Source of the DNA: Eledone cirrhosa
Lineage: Eukaryota
Reading direction: 5' to 3'
Length of the DNA: 64,000 nucleotides
Assembly (NCBI GenBank): GCA_964016885.1
Contig: OZ024740.1
Coordinates: 416,516,001-416,580,000, forward strand
Position numbers and translations under genes: made by a program. The stretch's first letter is position 1. Each line of letters opens with the position of its first letter. Below the pieces are notes generated by a model, which saw only the letters and a program-made list of their open reading frames with translations, ran no database searches and was not told the origin of the DNA. Below, one piece after another: positions 1 to 12,227 of the stretch.

Positions 1-3000
1 GGTGAAGGAGAGGTATTATTGGAGAGGTAGTGTTGGTGAAGGAGAGGTATTGTTGTAGAGGCAGTGTTGGTGAAGGAGAGGTATTGTTGGAGAAGTACTG
101 TTCGTGAAGGAGAGGTATTATTGGAGAGGTAGTGTTGGTGAAGGAGAGGTTGTGTTGGTAAAGGAGAGGTATTGTTGGAGAGGTAGTGTTGGTGAAAGAG
201 AGGTATCATTGGAGAGGTAGTGTTGGTGAAGGTGTGGTATTGTTGGAGAGGTAGTGTTGGTGAAGGAGAGCTATTGTTGGAGATGTTGTGTTGGTGAAGG
301 AGAGGTATTATTGGAGAGGTAGTGTTGATGAAGGAGAGGTTGTGTTGCCGAAGGAGAGGTATTGTTGGAGAGGTAGAGTTGGTTAAAGAGATTTAGTTTT
401 GGTGAAGGAGAGGTAGTGTTGGTGTAGGAGACGTATTGTTGGAGAGGTGGTGTTGGTGAAGGAGAGGTAGTGTTGATGAAGGAGAGGTAGTGTTGGTGTA
501 GGAGAGGTATTGTTGGAGAAGGAGAGGTATTATTGGAGAGCTAGTGTTGCTGAAGGAGCGGTAGTGTTGGAGAGGTAGTGGTGGTGAAGGAGAGGTAGTG
601 TTGTAGAGGGAGAGGTATTTTTGGAGAGGTAGTGTTGGTGAAGGAGAGGTAGTGTTGGATAAGGAGAGGTATTGCTGGAGAGGTAGTTTTGGTGAAGGAG
701 AGGTGTTGGTGGAGAGGTAGTGTTGGTGAAGGAGAGGTATTGTTGGAGAGGTAATATTGGTGAAGGAGAGCTTGTGTTGGCGAAGGAGAGGTATTGGTGG
801 AGAGGTAGAGTTGGCGAAGGAGAGGTATTGTTGGAGAGGTAGAATTGGTGAAGGAGAGGTATTGTTGGAGACATAGTGTTGGTGAAGGAGAGGTATTGTT
901 GGAGAGGTAGTGTTGGTGAAGGAGATGTATTGTTGGAGAGGTAGAGTTGGCGAAGAAGAGGTATTGTTGGAGAGGTAGTGTTGGTGAAGGAGAGGTATTG
1001 TTGGAGAGGTAGAGTGGGTGAAGGAGAAGTATTATTGGAGCGGTAGTGTTGGTAAATGAGAGGTATTGTTGGAGAGGTAGTGTTGGTGAAAGAGAGGTAT
1101 TGTTGAACAGGAAGTGTTGTTGAAGGAGAAGTATTATTGGAGAGGTAGTGTTGGTGAAGGAGAGGTATTGTTGGAGAGGTAGTGTTGGTGAAGGAGAGAT
1201 TGTGTTGGCGAAGGAGAGGTATTGTTGGAGAGGTAGTGTTGGTGAAGGAGAAGTTGTGTTGGAGAGGTAGTGTTGGTGAAGGAGAGGTAGTGTTGGTGTA
1301 GGAGAGGTATTGTTGGAGAAGGAGAGGTATTATTGGAGAAGTAGTGTTGGTGAAGGAGACGTAGTGTTGGTGAAAGAGTGGTAGTGTTGTAGAGGTTGTG
1401 TTGGTGAAGGAGAGGTTTTGTTGGAGAGGTAGTGTTGGTGAAGGATAGTTCTTGTTAGAGAGGTAGTGTTGGTGAAAGAGAGGTGTTGTTGGAGAGGTAG
1501 TGTTGGTGAAGGAGAGGTATTGTTGGAGAGGTAGTGTTGGTGAAGGAGAGGTATTGTTGTAGAGGTAGTGTTGGTGAAGGAGAGGTATTGTTGGAGAAGT
1601 AGTGTTCGTGAAGGAGAGGTATTATTGGAGAGGTAGTGTTGGTGAAGGAGAGGTTGTGTTGGTAAAGGAGAGGTATTGTTGGAGAGGTAGTGTTGGTGAA
1701 AGAGAGGTATCATTGGAGAGGTAGTGTTGGAGATGTAGTGTTGGTGAATGTGTGGTATTGTTGGAGAGGTAGTGTTGGTGAAGGAGAGCTATTGTTGGAG
1801 ATGTAGTGTTGGTGAAGGAGAGGTATTATTGGAGAGGTAGTGTTGATGAAGGAGAGGTTGTGTTGCCGAAGGAGAGGTATTGTTGGAGAGGTAGAGTTGG
1901 TTAAAGAGATTTAGTTTTGGTGAAGGAGAGTTAGTGTTGGTGTAGGAGACGTATTGTTGGAGAGGTGGTGTTGGTGAAGGAGAGGTAGTGTTGATGAAGG
2001 AGAGGTAGTGTTGGTGTAGGAGAGGTATTGTTGGAGAAGGAGAGGTATTATTGGAGAACTAGTGTTGCTGAAGGAGCGGTAGTGTTGGAGAGGTAGTGGT
2101 GGTGAAGGAGAGGTAGTGTTTTAGAGGGTGAGGTATTTTTGGAGAGGTAGTGTTGGTGAAGGAGAGGTAGTGTTGGATAAGGAGAGGTATTGCTGGAGAG
2201 GTAGTTTTGGTGAAGGAGAGGTGTTGGTGGAGAGGTAGTGTTGGTGAAGGAGAGGTATTGTTGGAGAGGTAGTATTGGTGAAGGAGAGCTTGTGTTGGCG
2301 AAGGAGAGGTATTGGTGGAGAGGTAGAGTTGGCGAAGGAGAGGTATTGTTGGAGAGGTAGAATTGGTGAAGGAGATGTATTGTTGGAGACGTAGTGTTGG
2401 TGAAGGAGAGGTATTGTTGGAGAGGTAGTGTTGGTGAAGGAGAGGTATTGTTGGAGAGGTAGAGTTGGCGAAGAAGAGGTATTGTTGGAGAGGTAGAGTC
2501 GGTGAAGGAGACGTATTGTTGGAGAAGTAGTGTTGGTGAAGGAGAGGTATTATTGGAGGGGTAGTGTTGGTGAAGGAGAGTTTGTGTTGGCAAAGGAGAA
2601 GTATTGTTGGAGAGGTAGTGTTGCTGAAGGAGAGGTATCATTGGAGAGGTAGTGTTGGAGATGTAGTGTTGTTGAAGGTGTGGTATTGTTGGAGATGTAG
2701 TGTTGGTGAAGGAGAGGTAGTGTTGGTGTAGAGGAGGTATTGTTAGAGAGGTAGTGTTGGTGAAGGAGAGGTAGTGTTGGTGAAGGAGAGGTATTGTTGG
2801 AGGGGTAGTGTTGGTGAAGGAGAAGTAGTGTTGGTGTAGGAGATGTAGTGTTGGTGTAGGACAGGTATTGTTAGAGAGGTAGTGTTTGTGAAGGAGAAGT
2901 AGTGTTGGCGAAGGAGAGGTATTGTTGGAGAGGTAGAGTTGGATAAGGAGAGTTAGTGTTGGTGAAGGAGAGGTAGTGTTGGTGTAGAGGAGGTATTGTT

Positions 3001-6000
3001 AGAGAGGTAGTGTTGGTGAAGGAGAGGTAGTGTTGGTGAAGGAGAGGTATTGTTGGAGGGGTAGTGTTGGTGAAGGAGAAGTAGTGTTGGTGTAGGAGAT
3101 GTAGTGTTGGTGTAGGACAGGTATTGTTAGAGAGGTAGAGTTGGATAAGGAGAGTTAGTGTAGGTGTAGGAGAGGTATTGTTAGAGAGGTAGTGTTGATG
3201 AAGTAGAGGTTATGTTGGCGAAGGAGAGGTAGTGTTGGTGAAGGAGATGTATTGTTGGAGAGGTAGTGTTGGTGAAGGAGAGGTAGTGTTGGTGTAGGAG
3301 AGGTATTGTTGGAGAAGGAGAGGTATTATTGTAGAAGTAATTTGGGTGAAGGAGAGGTATTGTTGGAGAAGTATTGTTGGTGAAGGAGAGGTATTGTTGT
3401 AGAGGTTGTTTTGGTGAAGGAGATGTATTGTTGGAGAGGTAGTGTTGGTGAAGGAGAGGTATTGTCGTAGAGGTAGTGTTGGTGGAGGAGAAGTATTGTT
3501 GGAGAGGTAGTATTGGTGGAGGAGAAGTATTGTTGGAGAGGTATTATTAGAGAGGTAGTGTTGGTGAAGGAGAGGTATTGTTGGAGAGGTAATGTTGGTG
3601 AAGGAGAGGTATTGTTGGGGAGGTAGTGTTGGTGAAGGAGAGGTATTGTTGGAGAGGTAGTGTTGGTGTTGGAGAGGTATTGTTGGAGAGCTTGTGTTGG
3701 CGCAGGAGAGTTATTGTTGGAGCGGTAGAGTTGGCGAAGGAGAGGTATTGTTGGAGAGTTATTGTTGGTGAAGGAGAGGTAATGTTGGCGAAGGAGAGGT
3801 ATTGTTGGAGAGGTAGAGATGGTGAATGAGAGGTAGTGTTGGCGAAGGAGAGGTATTGTTGGAGAGGTAGAGTTCGATAAGGAGAGTTAGTGTTGGTGTA
3901 GGAGAGGTATTGTTAGAGAGGTAGTGTTGATGAAGGGGAGGTTATGTTGGTGAAGAAGAGGTAGTGTTGGTGAAGGATAGGTATTGTTGGAGAGGTAGTG
4001 TTGGTGAAGGAGAGGTATTGTTGGACAGGTAGTGTTGGTGAAGGAGAGGTAGTGTTGGTGTAGGAGAGGTATTGTTGGAGAAGGAGAGGTATTATTGGAG
4101 AGGTAGAATTGGTGAAGGAGAGGTATTGTTGGAGACGTAGTGTTGCTGAAGGAGAGGTATCATTGGAGAGGTAGTGTTGGAGATGTAGTGTTGTTGAAGG
4201 TGTGGTATTGTTGGAGATGTAGTGTTGGTGAAGGAGAGGTAGTGTTGGTGTAGAGGAGGTATTGTTAGAGAGGTAGTGTTGGTGAAGGAGAGGTAGTGTT
4301 GGTGAAGGAGAGGTATTGTTGGAGGGGTAGTGTTGGTGAAGGAGAAGTAGTGTTGGTGTAGGAGATGTAGTGTTGGTGTAGGACAGGTATTGTTAGAGAG
4401 GTAGTGTTTGTGAAGGAGAAGTAGTGTTGGCGAAGGAGAGGTATTGTTGGAGAGGTAGAGTTGGATAAGGAGAGTTAGTGTTGGTGAAGGAGAGGTAGTG
4501 TTGGTGTAGAGGAGGTATTGTTAGAGAGGTAGTGTTGGTGAAGGAGAGGTAGTGTTGGTGAAGGAGAGGTATTGTTGGAGGGGTAGTGCTGGTGAAGGAG
4601 AAGTAGTGTTGGTGTAGGAGATGTAGTGTTGGTGTAGGACAGGTATTGTTAGAGAGGTAGAGTTGGATAAGGAGAGTTAGTGTAGGTGTAGGAGAGGTAT
4701 TGTTAGAGAGGTAGTGTTGATGAAGTAGAGGTTATGTTGGCGAAGGAGAGGTAGTGTTGGTGAAGGAGATGTATTGTTGGAGAGGTAGTGTTGGTGAAGG
4801 AGAGGTAGTGTTGGTGTAGGAGAGGTATTGTTGGAGAAGGAGAGGTATTATTGTAGAAGTAATTTGGGTGAAGGAGAGGTATTGTTGGAGAAGTATTGTT
4901 GGTGAAGGAGAGGTATTGTTGTAGAGGTTGTTTTGGTGAAGGAGATGTATTGTTGGAGAGGTAGTGTTGGTGAAGGAGAGGTATTGTCGTAGAGGTAGTG
5001 TTGGTGGAGGAGAAGTATTGTTGGAGAGGTAGTATTGGTGGAGGAGAAGTATTGTTGGAGAGGTATTATTAGAGAGGTAGTGTTGGTGAAGGAGAGGTAT
5101 TGTTGGAGAGGTAATGTTGGTGAAGGAGAGGTATTGTTGGGGAGGTAGTGTTGGTGAAGGAGAGGTATTGTTGGAGAGGTAGTGTTGGTGTTGGAGAGGT
5201 ATTGTTGGAGAGCTTGTGTTGGCGCAGGAGAGTTATTGTTGGAGCGGTAGAGTTGGCGAAGGAGAGGTATTGTTGGAGAGTTATTGTTGGTGAAGGAGAG
5301 GTAATGTTGGCGAAGGAGAGGTATTGTTGGAGAGGTAGAGATGGTGAATGAGAGGTAGTGTTGGCGAAGGAGAGGTATTGTTGGAGAGGTAGAGTTCGAT
5401 AAGGAGAGTTAGTGTTGGTGTAGGAGAGGTATTGTTAGAGAGGTAGTGTTGATGAAGGGGAGGTTATGTTGGTGAAGAAGAGGTAGTGTTGGTGAAGGAT
5501 AGGTATTGTTGGAGAGGTAGTGTTGGTGAAGGAGAGGTATTGTTGGACAGGTAGTGTTGGTGAAGGAGAGGTAGTGTTGGTGTAGGAGAGGTATTGTTGG
5601 AGAAGGAGAGGTATTATTGGAGAGGTAGAATTGGTGAAGGAGAGGTATTGTTGGAGACGTAGTGTTGGTGAAGGAGAGGTATTGTTGGAGAGGTAGAGTT
5701 GGCGAAGAAGAGGTATTGTTGGAGAGGTAGTGTTGGTGAAGGAGAGGTATTGTTGGAGAGGTAGAGTGGGTGAAGGAGAAGTATTATTGGAGCGGTAGTG
5801 TTGGTGAAAGAGAGGTATTGTTGAACAGGAAGTGTTGTTGAAGGAGAAGTATTATTGGAGAGGTAAGGTTGGTGAAGGAGAGGTATTGTTGGAGAGGTAG
5901 TGTTGGTGAAGCAGAGATTGTGTTGGCGAAGGAGAGGTATTGTTGGAGAGGTAGTGTTGGTGAAGGAGAAGTTGTGTTGGAGAGGTAGTGTTGGTGAAGG

Positions 6001-9000
6001 AGAGGTAGTGTTGGTGTAGGAGAGGTATTGTTGGAGAAGGAGAGGTATTATTGGAGAAGTAGTGTTGGTGAAGGAGACGTAGTGTTGGTGAAAGTGTGGT
6101 AGTGTTGTAGAGGTAGTGTTGGTGAAGGAGAGGTTTTGTTGGAGAGGTAGTGTTGGTGAAGGATAGTTCTTGTTAGAGAGGTAGTGTTGGTGAAAGAGAG
6201 GTGTTGTTGGAGAGGTAGTGTTGGTGAAGGAGAGGTATTGTTGGAGAGGTAGTGTTGGTTAAGGAGCGTTAATGTTGGTGAAGGAGAGGTAGTGTTGGTG
6301 AAGGAGAGGTGTTGGTGGAGAGGTAGTGTTGGTGAAGGAGAGGTATTGTTGGAGAGGTAGTGTTGGTTAAGGAGCGTTAATGTTGGTGAAGGAGAGGTAG
6401 TGTTGGTGAAAGAGAGGTGTTGTTGGAGAGGTAGTGTTGGTGAAGGAGAGGTATTGTTGGAGAGGTAGTGTTGGTTAAGGAGCGTTAATGTTGGTGAAGG
6501 AGAGGTAGTGTTGATGAAGGGGAGGTTATGTTGGTGAAGAAGAGGTAGTGTTGGTGAAGGATAGGTATTGTTGGAGAGGTAGTGTTGGTGAAGGAGAGGT
6601 ATTGTTGGACAGGTAGTGTTGGTGAAGGAGAGGTAGTGTTGGTGTAGGAGAGGTATTGTTGGAGAAGGAGAGGTATTATTGGAGAGGTAGTGTTGGTGAA
6701 GGAGAGCTATTGTTGGAGAGGTAATTTTGGTGTAGGATAGTTTTTGTTGGAGAGGTAGTGTTGGTGAAGGAGAAGTATTGTCGGAGAGGTAGTATTGGTG
6801 GAGGAGTGGTTGTGTTGGCGAAGGAGAGGTATTGTTGGAGAGGTAGAGTTGGTGAAGGAGAGGCAGTGTTGGTGAAGGAGAGGTAGTGTTGGCGAAGGAG
6901 AGGTATTGTTGGAGCAGTAGAGTTGGCGAAGGAGAGGTATTTTGGGAGAATTATTGTTGGTGAAGGAGAGGTAATGTTGGCGAAGGAGAGGTATTGTTGG
7001 AGAGGTAGTGTTGGTGAAGGAGAGGTAGTGTTGGTGAAGGAGAAGTATCGTTGGAGAAGTAGTGTTGGTTTAGGAAAGGTATTGTTAGAGAGGTAGTGTT
7101 GGTGAAGGAGAGGTATTTTTGGAGAGGTAGTGTTGGTGAAGGAGAGCTTGTGTTGCTGAAGGAGAGGTATTGTTGGTGAGGTAGAGTTGGCGAAGGAGCG
7201 GTATTGTTGGAGAGTTAGTGTTGGTGAAGAAGAGGTTGTGTTGGCGAAGGAGAGGTATTGTTGGAGAGGTAGTGTTGGTGAAGGAGAGCTTGTGTTGTCG
7301 AAGGAGAGGTATTGTTGGAGAGATAGTGTTGGCGAAGGAGAAGTATTGTTGGAGAGGTAGTGTTGGTGAAGGAGAGGTATTGTTTGAGAGGTAGTGTTGG
7401 TGAAGGAGAGGTATTGTTGGAGAGGTAGAGTTGGCGAAGAAGAGGTATTGTTGGAGAGGTAGATTTGGTGAAGGAGAGGTATTGTTGGAGAAGTAGTGTT
7501 GGTGAAAGAGAGGTATTATTGGAGAGGTAGTGTTGGTGGAGGAGAATTTTTGTTGGCAAAGAAGAAGTATTGTTGGAGAGGTAGTGTTGGTGAAGGAGAG
7601 GCATCATTGGAGAGGTAGTGTTGGAGAGGTAGTGTTGGTAAAGATGTGCTATTGTTGGAGAGGTAGTGTTGGTGAAGGAGAAGTATTGTTGGAGAGGTAG
7701 TGTTGGTGGAAGAGAAGTATTGTTGGAGAGGTAGTGTTGGTGGAGGAGTGCTTGTGTTGGCGAAGGAGAGGTATTGTTGGAGAGTTAGTGTTGGTGAAGG
7801 AGAGGTAGTGTTGGTGAAAGAGAGGTGTTGTTGGAGAGGTAGTGTTGGTGAAGGAGAGTTAGTGTTGGTGAAGGAGAGTTAGTGGTGGTGAAGGAGAGGT
7901 GTTGTTGGAGAGGTAGTGTTGGTGAAGGAGAGGTATTGTTGGAGAGGTAGTGTTGGTGAAGGAGAGCTTGTGTTGGCGAACGAGAGGTATTGTTCGAGAG
8001 GTAGATTTGGCGAAAGAGAGGTATTGTTGGAGAGGTAGAATTGGTGAAGTAGAGGTATTGTTGCAGAGGTAGTGTTGGTCTAGGAGAGGTATTTTTGGAG
8101 AGGTAGTGTTGGTGAAGGAGAGGTATTGTTGGAGAAGTAGTGTTGGTGAAGGAGAGGTATTATTGGAGAGGTAGTGTTGGTGAAGGAGAGTTTGTGTTGG
8201 CAAAGGAGAAGTATTGTTGGAGAGTTAGTGTTGGTGAAGGAGAGTTATCATTGGAGAGGTAGTGTTGGAGATGTAGTGTTGGTGAAGGTGTGGTATTGTT
8301 GGAGAGGTAGTGTTGGTGAAGGAGAGGTAGTTTTGGTGTAGGAGAGCTACTGTTGATGTAGATGAGGTATTGTTAGAGAGGCAGTGTTGGTGAAGGAGAG
8401 GTTGTGTTGGTGAAGGAGAGGTAGTGTTGGTGAAGGAGAGGTATTGTTGGAGGGGTACGTTTGGTGAAGGAGAGGTAGTGTTGGTGTAGGAGAGGTAGTG
8501 TTGGTGTAGGAGATGTATTGTTAGAGAGGTTGTGTTGGTGAAGGAGAAGTAGTGTTGGCGAAGGAGAGGTATTGTTGGAGAGGTAGAGTTCGATAAGGAG
8601 AGTTAGTGTTGGTGTAGGAGAGGTATTGTTAGAGAGGTAGTGTTGATAAAGGAGAGGTTATGTGGGTGAAGGAGAGTTAGTGTTGGTGAAGGAGAGGTAT
8701 TGTTGGAGAGGTAGTGTTGGTGAAGGAGAGGTAGTGTTGGTTTAGGAGAGGTATTGTTGGAGAAGGAGAGGTATTATTGGAGAAGTAGTTTGGGTGAAGG
8801 AGAGGTATTGTTGGAGAGGTAGTGTTGGTGAAGGAGAGGTATTGTTGGAGAGGTAGTTTTGGTGGAGGATAGTTCTTGTTAGAGAGGTAGTGTTGGTGAA
8901 GGAGAGGTATTGTTGGAGAGGTATTGTTGGTGAAGGAGAGGTATTGTTGGAGAGGTTGTGTTGGTGAAGGAGAGGTATTATTAGAGAGGTAGTGTTGGTG

Positions 9001-11945
9001 AAGGAGAGGTATTGTCGGAGAGGTAGTGTTGGTGGAGGAGTGGTTGTGTTGGCGAAGGAAAGGTATTGTTGGAGAGGTAGAGTTGGCGAAGGAGAGGTAT
9101 TGTTGGAGAGTTAGTGTTGGTGAAGGAGAGGTATTTTTGGAAAGGTAGAGTTGGTGAAGGAGAGGTAGTGTTGGTGAAGGAGAGGTTTTGTTGGTGAAAG
9201 AGAGGTATTGTTGGAGAGGTTGTGTTGGTGAAGGAGAGGTATTATTAGAGAGGTAGTGTTGGTGAGGGAGAGGTATTGTTGGAGAGGTATTGTTGGTGAA
9301 GGAGAGCTTGTGTTGGCGCAGGAGAGGTATTGTTGGAGCGGTAGAGTTGGCGAAGGATAGGTATTGTTGGAGAGTTATTGTTGGTGAAGGAGAAATTGTG
9401 TTGGCAAAGAAGAAGTATTGTTGGAGAGGTAGTGTTGGTGAAGGAGAGGCATCATTGGAGAGGTAGTGTTGGAGAGGTAGTGTTGGTGAAGATGTGGTAT
9501 TGTTGGAGAGGTAGTGTTGGTGAAGGAGAAGTATTGTTGGAGAGGTAGTGTTGGTGGAGGAGTGTTTGTGTTGGCGAAGGAGAGGTATTGTTGGAGAGTT
9601 TGTGTTGGTGAAGGAGAGGTAGTGTTGGTGAAAGAGAGGTGTTGTTGGATAGGTAGTGTTGGTGAAGGAGAGGTATTGTTGGAGAGGTAGTGTTGGTTAA
9701 GGAGAGTTAGTGTTGGTGAAGGAGAGGTATTATTGGAGAGGTAGTGTTGGTGAAGGAGAGTTTGTGTTGGCAAAGGAGAAGTATTGTTGGAGATGTACTG
9801 TTGGTGAAGGAGAGTTTGTGTTGGCAAAGGAGAAGTATTGTTGGAGATGTACTGTTGGTGAAGGAGAGGTATCATTGGAGAGGTAGTGTTGGAGATGTAG
9901 TGTTGGTGAAGGTGTGGTATTGTTGGAGAGGTAGTGTTGGTGAAGGAGAGGTAGTGTTGGTGTAGGAGAGCTAGTGTTGGTGTAGAGGAGGTATTGTTAG
10001 AGAGGCAGTGTTGGTGAAGGAGAGGTTGAGTTGGTGAAGGAGAGGTAGTTTCGGTGAAGGAGAGGTAGTGTTGGTGTAGGAGAGGTAGTGTTGGTGTAGG
10101 AGAGGTATTGTTAGAGAGGTAGTGTTGGTGAAGGAGAAGTAGTGTTGGCAAAGGAGAGGTATTGTTGGAGAAGTAGAGTTGGATAAGGAGAGTTAGTGTT
10201 GGTGTAGGAGAGGTATTGTTAGAGAGGTAGTGTTGATGAAGGAGAGGTTATGTTGGTGAAGGAGAGGTAGTGTTGCTGAAGGAGAGGTATTGTTGGAGAG
10301 GTAGTGTTGGTGAAGGAGAGGTATTGTTGGAGAGGTAGTGTTGGTGAAGGAGAGGTATTGTTGGAGAGTTAGTGTTGGTGAAGGAGAGGTAGTGTTGGCG
10401 AAGGAGAGGTATTTTTGGAGAGGTAGAGTTGGTGAAGGAGAGGTATTTTTGGAGAGGTTGTGTTGGTGAAAGAGAGTTATTGATGGACAGGTATTGTTGG
10501 TGAAGGAGAGGTATTGTTGGAGAGGTATTGTTGGTGAAGGAGAGGTAATGTTGGCGAAGGAGAGGTATTGTTGGAGAGGTATTGTTGTGAAGGAGAGGTA
10601 GTGTTGGCGAAGGAGAGTTATTGTTGGTGAAGGAGATGTAGTTTTGGTGAAGGAGAGGTGTTGTTGGAGAGGTCGTGTTTGTGAAGGAGAGGTATTGTTG
10701 GAGAGGTAGAGATGGTGAAGGAGAGGTAGTGTTGGCGAAGGAGAGGCATTGTTGGAGAGTTAGTGTTGGTGAAGGAAAGGTAGTGTTGGTGAAGGAGAGG
10801 TGTTGTTGGAGAGGTCGTGTTTGTGAAGGAGAGGTATTGTTGGAGAGGTAGAGATGGTGAAGGAGAGGTAGTGTTGGCGAAGGAGAGGCATTGTTGGAGA
10901 GTTAGTGTTGGTGAAGGAGAGGTAGTGTTGGCGAAGGAGAGGTTGTGTTGGTGAAAGAGAGGTATTGTTGGAGAGGTTGAGTTGGTTAAGGAGAGTTAGT
11001 GTTGGTGAAGGAGAGGTAGTTTTGGTGAAGGAGAGGTGTTGTTGGCGAGGTAGTGTTGGTGAAGGAGAGCTTGTATTGGCGAAGGAGAGGTATTGTTGGA
11101 GAGGTTGAGTTGGTTAAGGAGAGTTAGTGTTGGTGAAGGAGAGGTTGTGTTGGTGAAAGAGAGGTATTGTTGGAGAGGTTGAGTTGGTTAAGGAGAGTTA
11201 GTGTTGGTGAAGGAGAGGTAGTTTTGGTGAAGGAGAGGTGTTGTTGGCGAGGTAGTGTTGGTGAAGGAGAGCTTGTATTGGCGAAGGAGAGGTATTGTTG
11301 GAGAGGTAGAGTTGGTGAAGGGGAGGTATTTTTCGAGAGGTAGTGTTGGTGAAGGGGAGGTATTGTTGGAGAGGTTGTGTTGGTGAAGGAGAGGTATTGT
11401 TGGAGAGGTTGTGTTGGTGAAGGAGAGGTATTGTTGGAGAGTTAGTTTTGGTGGAGGATAGTTCTTGTTAGAGAGGTAGAGTTGGTGAAGGAAAGGTATT
11501 GTTGGAGAGGTATTGTTGGTGAAGGAGAGGTATTGTCGGAGAGGTAGTGTTGGTGGAGGAGAAGTATTGTTGGAGAGGTATTAGTAGAGAGGTAGTGTTG
11601 GTGAAGGAGAGGTATTGTTGGAGAAGTAATGTTGGTGAAGGGGAGGTATTGTTGGAGAGGTAGTGTTGGTGAAGGAGAGGTATTGTTGGAGAGGTAGAGT
11701 TGGCGAAGGAGAGGTATTGTTGGAGAGGTAGTGTTGGTGAAGGAGAGGTATTGTTGGAGCGGTAGAGTTTGTGAGGTAGTGTTGGTTAGGTATTGTTGGA
11801 AAGGTAGAGTTGGCGAAGGAGAGGTATTGTTGGAGAGGTAGTGTTGGTGAAGGAGAGGTAGTGTTGGCGAAGGAGAGGTATTGTTGGAGAGGTAGATTTG
11901 GGGAGGTAGATTTGGTGAGGTAGTGTTGGTAAATGAAAGGTATTG
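1..11945. repeat. Complex satellite/minisatellite array: GGAGAGGTA(G/T)TGTT 14-mer with optional GGTGAA 6-mer; common 34-bp unit; ~1.52 kb higher-order repeat
   Basis: Continuous tandem GGTGAAGGAGAGGTATTGTT/GGAGAGGTAGTGTT units. Variant blocks recur at offsets of 1518 (ORF ends 530/2048) and 1522 (identical ORFs at 3626/5148). The array runs off the window start. Confidence 0.97.
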
Positions 11946-12090
11946 TAGCAAAGAATTACGGCCCTTTATTATCTGAGTTCAAATCCTGCCGAAGTTAACT
12001 TTGCCTTTCATGTTTACGGGGTCGATAAAAAATGTACCAGTAATACACCAAGATAATTGCTGGCCTTGTGCCAAAAGTAGAAACAATTTT
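11946..12090 (+). mobile_element. tRNA-derived SINE (5'-truncated) inserted in the satellite edge
   Basis: B-box-like GAGTTCAAATCC, then GTTAACTTTGCCTTTCAT..GGGGTCGATAAAA..CTGGCCTTGTGCCAAAAGTAGAAACAAT. Same family as 51140, 53490 and 55156. Confidence 0.85.
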
Positions 12091-12092
12091 TA

Positions 12093-12226
12093 GCGAGGTA
12101 TTGTTAGAGAGGTAGTGTTGGTGAAGGAGAGGTAGTTTTGGGGAGGTAGTGTTTGTGAAGGAGAGGTGTTGGTTATGAGGTGTTGTTAGAGAGGTGCTGG
12201 TGGTGAGGTTTTGTTAGAGAGGTGTA
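12093..12226. repeat. Degenerate tail of the satellite array
   Basis: Diverged GAGAGGTAGTGTTGGTGAAG units resume after the SINE. Confidence 0.8.
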
Positions 12227-12227
12227 A

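Noticed and set aside
1-11945. CRISPR array or telomeric repeat
   Set aside because: No unique spacers, no cas genes and no TTAGGG units; eukaryotic context.
530-11951. Many S/T/P/L/H/Q-rich ORFs resembling a mucin or repeat protein
   Set aside because: They are translations of the satellite's stop-free strand in all frames, with no splice signals or unique domains.
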